In this document: positions 39,902-51,608 of the stretch, in pieces
How the letters are laid out: every line of letters starts with the position of its first letter
How positions within the stretch are numbered: position 1 is the stretch's first letter
From: Malacoraja senta
Taxonomy: Eukaryota
Assembly (NCBI GenBank): GCA_038087875.1
Contig: JAXLNO010005841.1
Span: 3,720,001-3,784,000, forward strand
DNA length: 64,000 nucleotides
Reading direction: 5' to 3'
Notes under the pieces: model-generated
The model's input: only the letters and a program-made list of their open reading frames with translations
What the model was told of the DNA's origin: nothing
Databases searched by the model: none
Made by a program: the position numbers and the translations under genes

Positions 39902-40413
39902 GTAAGGAATACCGACCAAAACGCAGAAGAGGCGCATGTTCCTCTGCTGTTTTTTCTTACGTGCAGCAGTTTCTTTAAATATTTTAAGTGGATAGATCAA
40001 GCAAGTGGCGGAACGGTGGGGCGGCGGTAGAGTTGCAGAATCACAGCATCGGAGACCCTGGTTCGATCCTGACTACGGGCGCTTGTCTGTATGGAGTTTG
40101 TACGTTCTTCCAGAGAACTGCGTGGGCTTTCTCCGGTAGCTCTGGTTTCCACCCACACTCCAAAGACGTACAGGTTTGTAGGTTAATTGGCTTGGTAAGA
40201 TTGTAAATTGTCCCTTATTTGTGTTGGATAGTATCAATGTGCGATTGCAGTTAGGGGTCGGTCGGGCTGTTGGCCGGACGGCCGACCGACCGGTGGGTGC
40301 TGTGAGGGGTCGGTCGGGCTGTCGGCCGGCAGGTGGGTGCAATGAGGCGTCGGTCGAGCTGTCGGCCGGCCGGTGGTTGCTGAGAGGGGTCGGTCGGTGT
40401 AGATTAACTATAT

Positions 40414-41450
40414 GTAGCAACGTTACAAAATTTTGAGATTTAAAAAATAAAATCTGCAATTTATCCCATCAGATAAAGTATAAAAAGAAGTTTAATTTGA
40501 CACCTAATTCACTTTCATATCTTCAGTATTAAAAAGGTTATGGCCATTTTCATACTCGGAAATTAGCATCTTGTTCCCTCTTGCTTTTCCATTGATTTAA
40601 CACAAAAGCTGTGATCGAGGACAGTCAAAAGCCCATAACTTTCTTAAAAATTAAGAGAACTGAAATAAATTTTCAGTTATTATAAATTGAAGCATTCAGA
40701 AACAAATATGAAACAATCTTACTTAGATGACATGAAAAGAAAGCATATAATTAGTTAGTTACCTAATTGTAGCTAATTACAAAATTCAATTACTAGATCT
40801 AAATATCTATCAATTTCTTAAGAATAGATTAACATTTATAAATAGCCTAAGTGTCCAAATAACATTCACACAAGAATTCACAATATAACATAATTTTTAA
40901 ATTTCATTGTCATGGATTTACAGGCCAAATGGAAGGAATTGAATGTTTAATACCTGTAAATTAATGGTCATTTAAATCATTTTACGAGTGAGGTTTTCTG
41001 GAACACGATCATTTGGAACGTTGATTTGCGGTGAATTTAACCCCATATCGGCATGAAAAATTCTGCCGTTAGTTGGGGGAAAAGAATCACCGTTTCGCAT
41101 TTAAAAAAAAATGAATTAAAGGCTTCTTAAGAAGCACTTTTATACATTAAAATAAACTACTTTCCTTTACCTGCCCCGTGTGCGAAAATCGTCCCCGTTG
41201 TCGGCGTTGTTTCGAAGCTGATTTTAAAATAACTCCAGCGCTGACATTGTCCATTTAATAAAAATAAAAAATACACAAAACGCCCGTAGGAACGATTTTT
41301 CAGCAAACGCTTGTACTCCAACGAAATATAATACAGGACAAGGTAGGAGAAACCCGCGTTTTAACCCCCCCGTCAAAGGCGCCAAAATCGCGCACACGGC
41401 CAGTGGCAGAATTGCAGCGCCGCTGACGGTAAGTATTGTAACATATCTAC
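40414..41450. mobile_element. Non-autonomous TIR DNA transposon (1037 bp); truncated copies end array units 1-3
   Basis: Left end GTAGCAACGTTACAAAA versus right-end reverse complement GTAGATATGTTACAATA (13/17). TATAT direct repeats at 40409-40413 and 41451-41455. Confidence 0.65.
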
Positions 41451-41899
41451 TATATGAACCTACCTTTCCCATATCTATCACCACACGTATTATGCATGCT
41501 GCACATTGCATATGTAGACCAGTCCGGATCTTCATCCCTATCATGGTTCTTCACCATCTCACGGTAAGACTTGATGCTGACTACGGAGACGATAGCACGT
41601 AATGATTCCTCCGCTTGTGTTACAATAAAGGTCTATGAGTTGTTATTCCTCTGTATGGGACTCATTACACAATAGTCGGCCTGTCGGCCGGCCGGTGGGT
41701 TCTGTAAGGGATCCGTCGGGCTGTCGGCCGACCGGTGGTGCAGCGACGAGCGGGCGGACTGATGGAGCTTGCGCTATGGGGGTGCTGAATGCGGCCCTGG
41801 ACCGAGCTGAGCAGCAGGGCGGAAGAGAGTGTGTCAGTCAGTCCGTCGGGCAGATGGCCGGCCGGTGGGTGCTGTGTGGGATCCGTCGGGCTTGTGAGA

Positions 41900-44490
41900 T
41901 GATGGTTCCGTAGATTCATAACACCGGTGAAGGAGCTGTCCCTGAATCTGGATGTTTGCGTTTTATAACATGTGTATCTCTTGTCTGATGGAAATGAATT
42001 GTGTGATACCGGTCCACGATTAAGCTGGTGACCATGCCGATGCAGCGTGAAATGTAGCTGGAGTCGATTGAAGGGAGTTTGTTTGGCGTGATGGTCAGGG
42101 CTACGTCCACAATTCTCTGCATTTCCTAGCAGTCTTGGATGCAGCTGTTCCTCAAACATTTTGCGATGCACACCGAGAAGTTGCTTTCTACGGCGCATCT
42201 GTGTGTGTTTTAGTGGTATGATGGGAACATGCAGAACTTACTAAACCTTCTATAACAAAATAGTGGCGATGTTATGATTTATTGGGCATTACTTCGTTGT
42301 GGCTGGTCCAAGACAAATTGCTGGTAATATTTAATCCTAACAATTTTTATTCTCAATTCATTTTACTTTATTGTCAAGTGTGCCACGGCACAGTGAAAAT
42401 ATTGTCTTGCGTGCTATCCCGTCATCATAAACTCAATACATGATTACATGCGAGTCATTTAGTTTGTATATACATGATAAGGGGATAATGTTTAGTGCAT
42501 GGTTAAGCCAGCAAAGCCCGATAAAGAATATTACGAGGGACACCAAAGAGGTAGGTAGCAGTTCAGTACTTCTCTCTCTTTGTGGGGGATAATTCAGTTT
42601 TCTGAGAACAGCTGGGAAGAACTTGTCCCTGAATCCGTAAGTGTGCGTTTGCACACTTCTTTATGTTTTGCCTCATGAGAATGGCGGACGAGGGAGTGGC
42701 CAGAGTGCGACTCGTTCTTGATTATGCTGCTGGTCTTGCCGAGGAAGCGTGGGTATAAATGCAGTCAATCGAACGAAGGTTGGTTTGTGTGATGGTCTAG
42801 GCTGCGCCCACAATTCTCTGTATTGTTTTGCGGTCTTGGGTTCCCAAACCGTAGTGATATATCGTGATACAATGATGTCTATGTTGCACATGTAGAAATT
42901 GTTGAGAGTTGTTGGGGACATGCCGCATTTCCGATGCCTTCTAAGGAATTAGATGCGTTTGGTGTGCTTTCTTGGTCGTTGCTTCAATATGGGTGGTCCA
43001 GGAGAATTTGTTGGTGATATTCACTCCTTGGTATTTGAAGTGTTCATTTATGTCTACGTCGGCACCGTCAATGTAATCTGGGGTACTTCTTTACTTCCTG
43101 AAGGTCATAATCTCATTTGTCTTGCTGACATTGAGAGAAAGGGTGTTGTCTCGACACCAGGACGCGAGGTTCTCAGTCTCCTTCCTGTACTATGTCGCAT
43201 CATTATTTGATATCCTGCCCACAATGGTGGTGTCGGCCGCGAAATTGAAAATTGAATTAGATTTGTACATGCATGCACAATCATGGGTGTACGAGGAGTA
43301 AAGAAGGGGGCTCAGAAACCATCCTTGCGGAGTGCCCGGGTTGATGATTGTCGAAGAGGATGGTTTTCCCCTGATCTTTACTCAATGGGGTCTGTTGGTC
43401 AGGAAGTCGAGGGTCCAGTTCCAGAGAACAGGACTGACACCAAAACTTCCGAGTTTGGCGATAGCCTTGGATGGTATAATGGTATTAAAGGCAGAGGCAC
43501 AATGTTTGAATACATGTCTGAATTAGGTATCGCTCTTATCCAGATGTTATAGGGATGAGTGTCGGGCTAGAGCGGTGATATCGTCCATGGACTTATTGTG
43601 GCGGTAGGCGAACTACAGTGGGTCAAGGCCGCTGGTAAGACTAGATTTAAGGCATTCCATATCTAGCTTCTCAAAACATTTCACTATGATAAATGTCAAG
43701 GTGACTGGAGGGTATCGTTTAGGGATGAGATTTAGCTTTTCTTCAGCATTGTTATCATGGTGGTCTTCTTGAAGCAGGTGGGTAGTGAGAACGGTGATGG
43801 GAGAGATGAAAGATGTCCGCTGGGTGGTTCGCACTGTGACTAAGCACACGGCCTGGAAATACTTCTGGGCCAGTTGCTTTTCGTGGGTTTACCCTCAGGA
43901 ATGCCGATCGAACGCCTGCTACAATCATTCTGGGGAGGGGCACATTGTAGTCTAACGTGTCAGGTGATCACGGCCTTCTGCTCGAAGCGAGCATAGAAAG
44001 CTTAGGGTCGCACTATCGCCAATGATGACACCTGACCTTGCATTGCAGCCAATTATCATATTCAGACCTTGCCAGATTATCCGTGTGTCCGAGTGATTAC
44101 ACTAGGACGCAGGTTTGTCCCGGTATTGTCTCTTGGCATCCTTGATGGCTACGCGGAGATCAAAGCGGGCCTTCTTGTCCCGCTAGGGATCCTTTGACTT
44201 TTTCGCAGAAAACCGGACCTTAACCTGTGAATGTACCTCACGATCGGCACAAGAAGCTGAGGTTACTCAGCGGGTCAGACAGCACCCCTGGGGAAAAGGA
44301 ATAAGCGACGTTTCATGTCCAGACCTTTCTTCGGACCTCGCGGTTCATCCGTGGTTTCCGGATGTGGAAGACTTTTATTTACTTCGACGGCGCACAGCCG
44401 CCCACGCACTCGCTGGTGACATCAGTCACGGCATTGTTGTCCTCATTCAGGTTCGCTGCGGAATCCCTGAATATGAACCTGGGGAACTTA
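41900..44490 (-). mobile_element. Rex1/Babar or L2-type LINE fragments, continuing at 46288-46900
   Basis: ORFs 43613-43943 (RVNPRKATGP, CFEKL, LDPL) and typical 3' fragments at ~41920-42200 and ~42540-42900. Confidence 0.75.
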
Positions 44491-46287
44491 TTATTTATTT
44501 TTTTTTGAAAATATTTTTTATTGGAGAAAAGTACACAACCTATTAACATCATTACAGTCTTACATTTTTAAATTGATAATATTATCAATTATTATCAATT
44601 ATTATTACATTGTCTCCAATACCTTTTGCCTTTAAAAAAAAAAACTAGATAGAACTAAAAAGATAGATGAAGTAAAGAAAGAAAAGAGTGAGAAGAAAAA
44701 GAGAAAAGAGAAAACAAAACAAAAAAAAAAAAAAACAGAAAAAAAAGAAAAAAAAACAACAACAAAAAAAAAGATGGTTAAAGAAGAATGGAAACATTTA
44801 TTAATCATGGTGGTCTTCTTGAAGCAGGTGGGTAGTGAGAACATAATAAAAAATTTCATTCGAGATATATTCGTACATATCAGAGTGTAGCATTTCATCC
44901 ATTCTTTAGCCCGAGCATTAGTCAGGTTCCTGTGCTGAACCATTCTGACCCTTTAAATAATCAATAAAGGGAGACCATGTTCCCACGAATAATTCCTGTT
45001 TGTCCAACAGGGGAAATCTGATACTTTCCACGTTTAAGGTCTCCGTCATTTCTATAATCCACATTTTGATTGTGGGGGCCGTAGGGCCTTTCCAAAATTT
45101 TAGAATTAATTTTTTTCCTGTTATTATACTATAATCAATAAAGTTTCTTTGTGTTGTTGTAAATGTTTGATTTAATTCTAATGTTCCGAGTATTATTAAT
45201 TTTGGATCCGGGTCCACTTGTGTGCTGGTCACTTTAGATATTATACTAAAAATATTTACCCAGAACTTTTTAATTTTTATACAGTTTGCAAACATATGAG
45301 ATAAGGTAGCTTCTAAATGTTGACATTTATCACATATAGGTGAGATATGTTGAAAGATTTTATGTAATTTTGTTTTTGAATAATGTAACCTATGTATTAC
45401 TTTAAATTGTATTAAAGAATGTCTGGCATTTAATGAACATTGATGTATGTGTTGTAAACTTTCTTCCCAAGTATCTTTCGTTATTATTTGATTTAATTCT
45501 TTTTCCCATGTTTGTCTGTGTAAGTCCGTCGATGGAATGTCACTGTCTAATAAGATATTATATATATAAGATATTAATTTTTCTGTATTAGGATGTTTAT
45601 TCCAACATTCGTCAAGAATTTCTGAATTTCTAATTCGAAAATTTTGAGTATTCGATTTTACATAATCTCTGAGTTGAAGATATCTGAAATAATCATTTCC
45701 TCGAAGTCCATAAGTCTGTTGCAACTCCTGAAATGTCAGAAAAGTGCCTTCCTTATAAAGTTGTCCCATATTTTTAATTCCATAATTCTTCCATTGTGTA
45801 AAACCCCTGTCCAACCATGAGGGCTAAAACAAAGGGTTATTCACAATTGGGAGAAAAAGTGATAAATTATCTAATTTTAATGTCTTTTTTAATTGTTTCC
45901 AAATTCGTATGGCACTAAATATTATAGGGTTTTCCCTATAATTTTTTTTGTTTAATTTAGATGTAGCAAATAATATCGAACCGATATCAAAAGGCAAACA
46001 ATCTTCCTTTTCCATTTTTAACCAATCTGGTTGTTGATCTATTTATTCCAACCAGAAATTCATATTTTTAATATTAACTGCCCAAAAATAAAACAGAAAG
46101 TTGGGTAAAACCAAACCTCCATTTATTTTTGATTTACACAAATGTCTTTTGTTTATCCTATGATTCTTATAATCCCAGATAAAATGATTAACAATGGAGT
46201 CCAATTTTTTAAAAACGTTTTTTGACAAATATATCGGAATTGTCTGAAAAAGGTATAATATTTGCGGTAAAAAAATCATTTTTATGG
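44491..46287 (-). mobile_element. 5'-truncated L1-clade LINE (end of RT, zf-RVT C-terminus, 3' UTR, poly-A)
   Basis: ORF 44918-45814 has CDKC...HMFANC (CCHC) and LIQFKVIHR. ORF 46043 has AIKMIFLP and GGLVLPN. A-rich tail with AATAAA at ~44491-44525. Confidence 0.92.
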
Positions 46288-47732
46288 CAATCATTCTGGG
46301 GAGGGGCACATTGTAGTCTAACGTGTCAGGTGATCACTTGGCCTTCTGCTCGAAGCGAGCATAGACATCTTAGGGTCGCACTATCGCCAATGATGACACC
46401 TGACCTTGCATTGCAGCCAATTATCATATTCAGACCTTGCCAGATTATCCGTGTGTCCGAGTGATTACACTAGGACTCAGGTTTGTCCCGGTATTGTCTC
46501 TTGGCATCCTTGATGGCTACGCGGAGATCAAAGCGGGCCTTCATGTCCCGCTAGGGATCCTTTGACTTTTTCGCAGAAAACCGGACCTTAACCTGTGAAT
46601 GCACCTCACGATCGGCACAAGAAGCTGAGGTTACTCAGCGGGTCAGACAGCACCCCTGGGGAAAAGGAATAAGCGACGTTTCATGTCCAGACCTTTCTTC
46701 GGACCTCGCGGTTCATCCGTGGTTTCCGGATGGGGAAGACTTTTATTTACTTCGACGGCGCACAGCCGCCCACGCACTCGCTGGTGAAATCAATCACGGC
46801 ATTGTTGTCCTCATTCAGGTTCGCTGCGGAATCCCTGAATATGAACCTGGGGAACTTAGATGGAATTAGGGTGAACTTTAAATTTTCGATCATATGTACT
46901 TCGCCGCCATAAATGTATACCGTGCTCGCGGTGTCTGTATTTCTGTGCTACCTGAAGTCAATCACAATATCCTTTGTCTTTGGTGACGTTGAGTGAGGGG
47001 TTGTTGGCTGTGCACCAGGTTACGAGGTTCCCAATTTATCTCAGCATGGTTTGATTGCACTCGTGTGTGGTCTATTTTAATATAGTTTAGTTTAAGGATA
47101 CAGCGCGGATACAGGCCCTTCGGCCCACCGAGTCGGCACCGATCATCAATCCTCGCACAATAAAACAAGGGACAATTCTAAACTCATACCAAGTAAAAAA
47201 AAACAATCAAATTAACCTGCAAACCTGTAAGTCTTTGGAGTGTGTGAGGAAACCGAAGATCTGGGAGAAAACCCTCCAGGTCATGGGAAGAACGTGCAAA
47301 CTCCGTACAGACAGCACCCGGAGTCAGGATGGAACCCGGGTCCCTGTCGCTGAAAAAGCTGTAAGGCGGCAACTCTACCGATGCGCCACCGTGCCGCAAC
47401 TCTACAAGGATAGGACGCAAACAAATGTATCTCTGTATCTCGGCACACGGGATAACAATAGCTAATATGAATGTATTAATAAGTTTATTGGCTAAGTATT
47501 CACATACAAGGAACTTGCCTTGTTGCTCCGCCCACAAGTGACAACATGACATACAGTGAAAGTTAAGAATGAAACATTAATAATAAAACATTATTGATTA
47601 AACATGTGAAGTAAATCAAATACCAGAGCGAAAGGAGGCAACAGATTTTTGGTTATTGAGTAGAGCTACTACTCGTGGAAAAAAACTGTTTATATGTCTG
47701 GCTGTGACAGCTTTGATAGTCCGGAGTCGCTC

Positions 47733-48719
47733 CTAAGCCTGGCCGCCCATGCTTGCAGGCGGAATTACTCCATCGTCAGCCAGCAGGGAAGTGTTCCATT
47801 TGCAACATAATTTGTGTAGCGCATCGCGAAGCTTGCATACACCGAACACGATGACCATGGGATTCAAAACTGCGTAGCAGAAGGCATCGTAAAGATACGA
47901 AAACTCAAACAACTTCTCCATCATCAATGAACATTGCGATGATTGGGATATGGCACACAACAAAAATATAATTCTCGCAAAGATAAAGGCAAGAAAAAGC
48001 AGATAAAGTGAAACAACCAATGCTATTATGCGCAAGTGATGATCCCCCTTCTTGGGACGTTTAACTTTGGCGGCGAGCTGCTGAGACGATCGCCGATGTC
48101 TCCATAAGACGGAGATGAGGTAAATACAAGAATTGGACATCCATAGAGCGGGGAGCGCAGTTGCAAGGATTAGGCTCATGTAGATGTTTAATTCTTCAGT
48201 TGCTTCGGGGTTCATTTCCTGCGACCCGTTTGTCCATCCAAAATGATAAGATCCGTTCAGGTAATGGCAGGTTAACGCTGCATTCTCGATGTAGCAATCC
48301 AACGCTCCCAGAGCGCAGCTGAACAACGCCGTCGCACCGACCCAGAGGAAAACCTTGCCGCTGATCACTTGAGCTAGTTTTTTGGCGTTGGGCCGATGGA
48401 CACTAACGATTTTCAGGCAGTAGAAGAAACAGAGGAGAGCGCTGACCCAAAAGCTGAGGGAATGGGAGAGCGCGAGGAAGGACATGGCGACCTTTTGCTG
48501 GATCTCGCAGTAGTTGTGAATGAAGTCCACGACCATTGTGAACACCGCCACGAGGATGGTGGTAACATTGGCGACGGCCAGAGCGCTGACGATGACCTCC
48601 GCGGGAGGCGCGCTGACTTGACACAACCCTCGCCACAAAGTCAGGAGGATGAAGACGTTGGTAATCAATCCGAAAATGCTGAAGAATCCGACAACAGCTG
48701 ACTTCACCCACAATTCCAT
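47733..48719 (-). CDS. tas2r: Intronless 7TM receptor of the T2R (bitter taste) family, 328 aa, intact
   Basis: Seven hydrophobic segments. T2R hallmarks: TM1 GxxxNxFI, TM3 SFW...FFYCLKI, ECL2 N-glycosylation sequons (NGS twice), TM5 LISVLWRH, C-terminal FGVCKLRDAL. Splice acceptor tttctacag 4 nt upstream of the ATG. Family-level call only; ortholog unknown. Confidence 0.85.
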   Translation of the reverse strand: MELWVKSAVVGFFSIFGLITNVFILLTLWRGLCQVSAPPAEVIVSALAVANVTTILVAVFTMVVDFIHNYCEIQQKVAMSFLALSHSLSFWVSALLCFFYCLKIVSVHRPNAKKLAQVISGKVFLWVGATALFSCALGALDCYIENAALTCHYLNGSYHFGWTNGSQEMNPEATEELNIYMSLILATALPALWMSNSCIYLISVLWRHRRSSQQLAAKVKRPKKGDHHLRIIALVVSLYLLFLAFIFARIIFLLCAISQSSQCSLMMEKLFEFSYLYDAFCYAVLNPMVIVFGVCKLRDALHKLCCKWNTSLLADDGVIPPASMGGQA

Positions 48720-48959
48720 TTTCCTGTAGAAATAAATTTAACCAAGGCTATAATAGATAGATCCGTGCCCAGAAAATCTCACGTTATTGAAAACCACATT
48801 GCAAAAACTATTGTGTCTGTTTGAAATATTTGTTAACAGCTCGAAATATTAAGACTAGCAATATCAAAGTTATAATTCTTGCAGGATTTCGAAATGCGGA
48901 CAGTTTAATAGCCATAATTTTATGGTTATTACTGCGTTCTCACAATGCCTAATGCTAGG

Positions 48960-49420
48960 TTACATCGTTTAATAGAGTATCGTTGCGCAAATGTCCCTAA
49001 ACAAATCCTGTACTCTCAATTGAAGGAAGGTCAGCGAGCCCCCTGCGGGCCAAAGAAACGCTTCAAGCACAACATCAAGAACAGTCTGAAGAAATTCCAA
49101 ACCACATCGAGCAACTGGGAGCACATTGCACTGGACAGGCGCTCCTGTAGGAAATCCGTGCTGGAAGGAGTTGCACGTCATGAAATGGAACTACGCCGTG
49201 TCGCAAAGACAAAGCGAAAGCACCGTAAGGACAGAGAGAAGGGGCATCAACGAATACCAACCACCGCCAGTCTCCACTGCCCACGTTGCACCGTGTGTGG
49301 ATTGCGGATCGGCCTCTGCAGGCATCTGCAGACCCTCAAGTAGACGACACTATGGAGGGGAGAGGACAGTCATGCTCGTTTAGAATGATCGCCGATGATG
49401 TGCAAGTGTCAATCGAACTG
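48960..49420 (+). mobile_element. RTE-clade LINE 3' fragment
   Basis: ORF 48945-49343: PKQILYSQLKEGQR..GPKKRFKHNIKNSLK, W..IALDR. Confidence 0.8.
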
Positions 49421-51608
49421 ATTGACAATCGCTTTGAAACTGACAACTTTGCTGTAAGGAAACACAGGTGTCAGATTACTGCGCCGCGGTTACATGCTGA
49501 CATTTATCGCAGTGGATTGTTTTTCCTCAAGACAGCTGTTCTTCTGCTTGCCAGTTTCACAAGTAGCTTTTTCGTGGAATTCTCGTTTCCGATCGAATTC
49601 AAGTTTAAACAAATTTAGTCCACAGTATAAAAATAGGAATCTAATTAAAACACAACATGCGGGCTTAAATCAGTGGTTCAGGCTGCAGCTGTGAAAGTTA
49701 AGATTGTAGCAGTGTAAGTAGACAGAAAAGGGAATGGGGGCGGGTGGATTCTGGTAAGGGAGATAGGGACAAAATGCTGGAGTAACTCAGCAGGTCAGGC
49801 AGCAACTTTGGAAATAATAAATATGTGACGTTTGGGGTCGAGATCCTTTTTCATAACCAGGTAAGGGATGTTAATTGGCAGGTGGGTGGAGAAGGACGGA
49901 GATTAAAATGAGACAAAGGTAGGGAGAGAGGAGGAGCACAATGTGTAGCAGAGAGGGGGGGGGTTGGGGACCGTACGTGTGTAATGTGACCGCGTGGGGG
50001 AGGTGGAGGGGTTGGCGGGGGGGGGGGTAGGCTTGGGAGGGCAGGATATTTGTAGAATGGTTGCGCATGGGCGACATTGTTCAAACGATTGGGCTGGAAG
50101 AAAACCATGCGCAACCATGCTTTTATCTAGTCTGCGTGTGGCCTCACTCTGGCAATGGAGGAGATCCCTAATTCATCGATAGTGGCGTTACAGAAATAAG
50201 CGTTATAACATATTCAGGCAGATTTGTACGTGATGGTAGGTCAGAGAGAGTCGTCGAATTTCCCAGAGTCAGCGGGCATAGTTTCAGACTCCTGCCAAGT
50301 CCATCTGGGAAGGCGATTGGGGAGAGATTTAATGACCACGTTTTAATCAGGGGACGTGCATGGTAATTTTACCGTTCAGTTTCAGTTCACGTACAGTTTA
50401 AGTTTATGGCCATGTGCAGAGAGGTAGAGTAAAAAAGCTTTTCTTGCGTGCTAACCAGTCAGCGGACAGACAATACATGATTACAATCGAGCCTTTTACA
50501 GTGTATATATATATAAGAGAATACCATTTAGTGAATGGAAAATCCTGTGAAGTCCGATCAAAGATAGTCCGAGGGTCAACAATGAAGTAGATATAACAGT
50601 TCAGGAGTGCTCTCTAGTTGCGGTAGGGTGATTCAGTTGCCTGATAACAGCTGGGAAGAAACTGTTCCTGAATCGGGAGGTGTGTGTTTTCACGCATCTA
50701 CACCTTTTGAATTATCGGCGAGGGGAGAAGAGGGAGTGACCAGGATGCGACTCGTCCGTGATAATGTTGCCGAGGCAGCGTGAGGTATAGATGGAGTGAA
50801 TGTAATGGAGGTTGGTTTGTGTAATGGCCTGGGCTACGTCCAAAATGCTCTGCAATTACCTCCGGTCTTAGGTGGAGCTGTTTTTCCCAAGCTGTAAGGC
50901 ATCGGGATAAAAAAAAATGTGTTTAATGACACACAAATCTTGGATTTCAGGACATTGAGATCCGGGGACCGTGGTTAAAAATTTGGCACAAGTATCAAAT
51001 ATGTTCAAAGGTAGCGCAATGTCGCGGCAGGGAGGGCGACTACAACAGAGCGCGGTCCGAACCTGACGTCGGCTACGTTCTTTCCGGAGTTTACATGTTC
51101 TCCCCGTGACTACGCGGAGATCTTCCGGGTGCTCGTGTTTCCTCCTACATTCCAAAAAGTCCCGCAGTTAATTGGGGTTAATTTGACCTCCATAAATGAC
51201 CACGAGTGTGTGAGCCGAAACGGAATTAGGCCACTCGTCAGAGAAGTTATAGGAAAATGAAGTGGAAGTGATTATTTATATGAGGTTCACTGTAAGTCAC
51301 CATGGACACGTTGGACAGAATGGCCTCTTTCCACGTTGTACATTAATATGAATGAAGGGAAGCAAGATGACCAGCACGTTTTATTTGTTCTTGTAAAGAA
51401 ACTAATCGCATCGTTCATGATTGCGTACACTTTTGTAGATCACCCCTCAGCCTCCGGCGCACCAAATAATAATGTCAAGCCTGCCCAATCTCTCTCTGTA
51501 GCTCAGGCCCCCGGGTCCTGGCAACACTCTCGTAAATCGTCTCTGTAGCCTTTCCAGATTAATACTTATTTGGAATTGATTGTTTTCGCAGAACGGCCTT
51601 CTGTTTCC

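Larger units (their letters stand above)
28774..40764. repeat. Tandem segmental array of four related units (28774-30552, 30553-33879, 33880-37340, 37341-40764)
   Basis: The marker atcgatgtcctgcagcag recurs at 29141, ~32418, ~35879 and ~39341. Full unit ~3461 bp. Each unit carries a TM exon, a SINE, a ccgg-rich tract and part of a TIR element. Confidence 0.95.
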
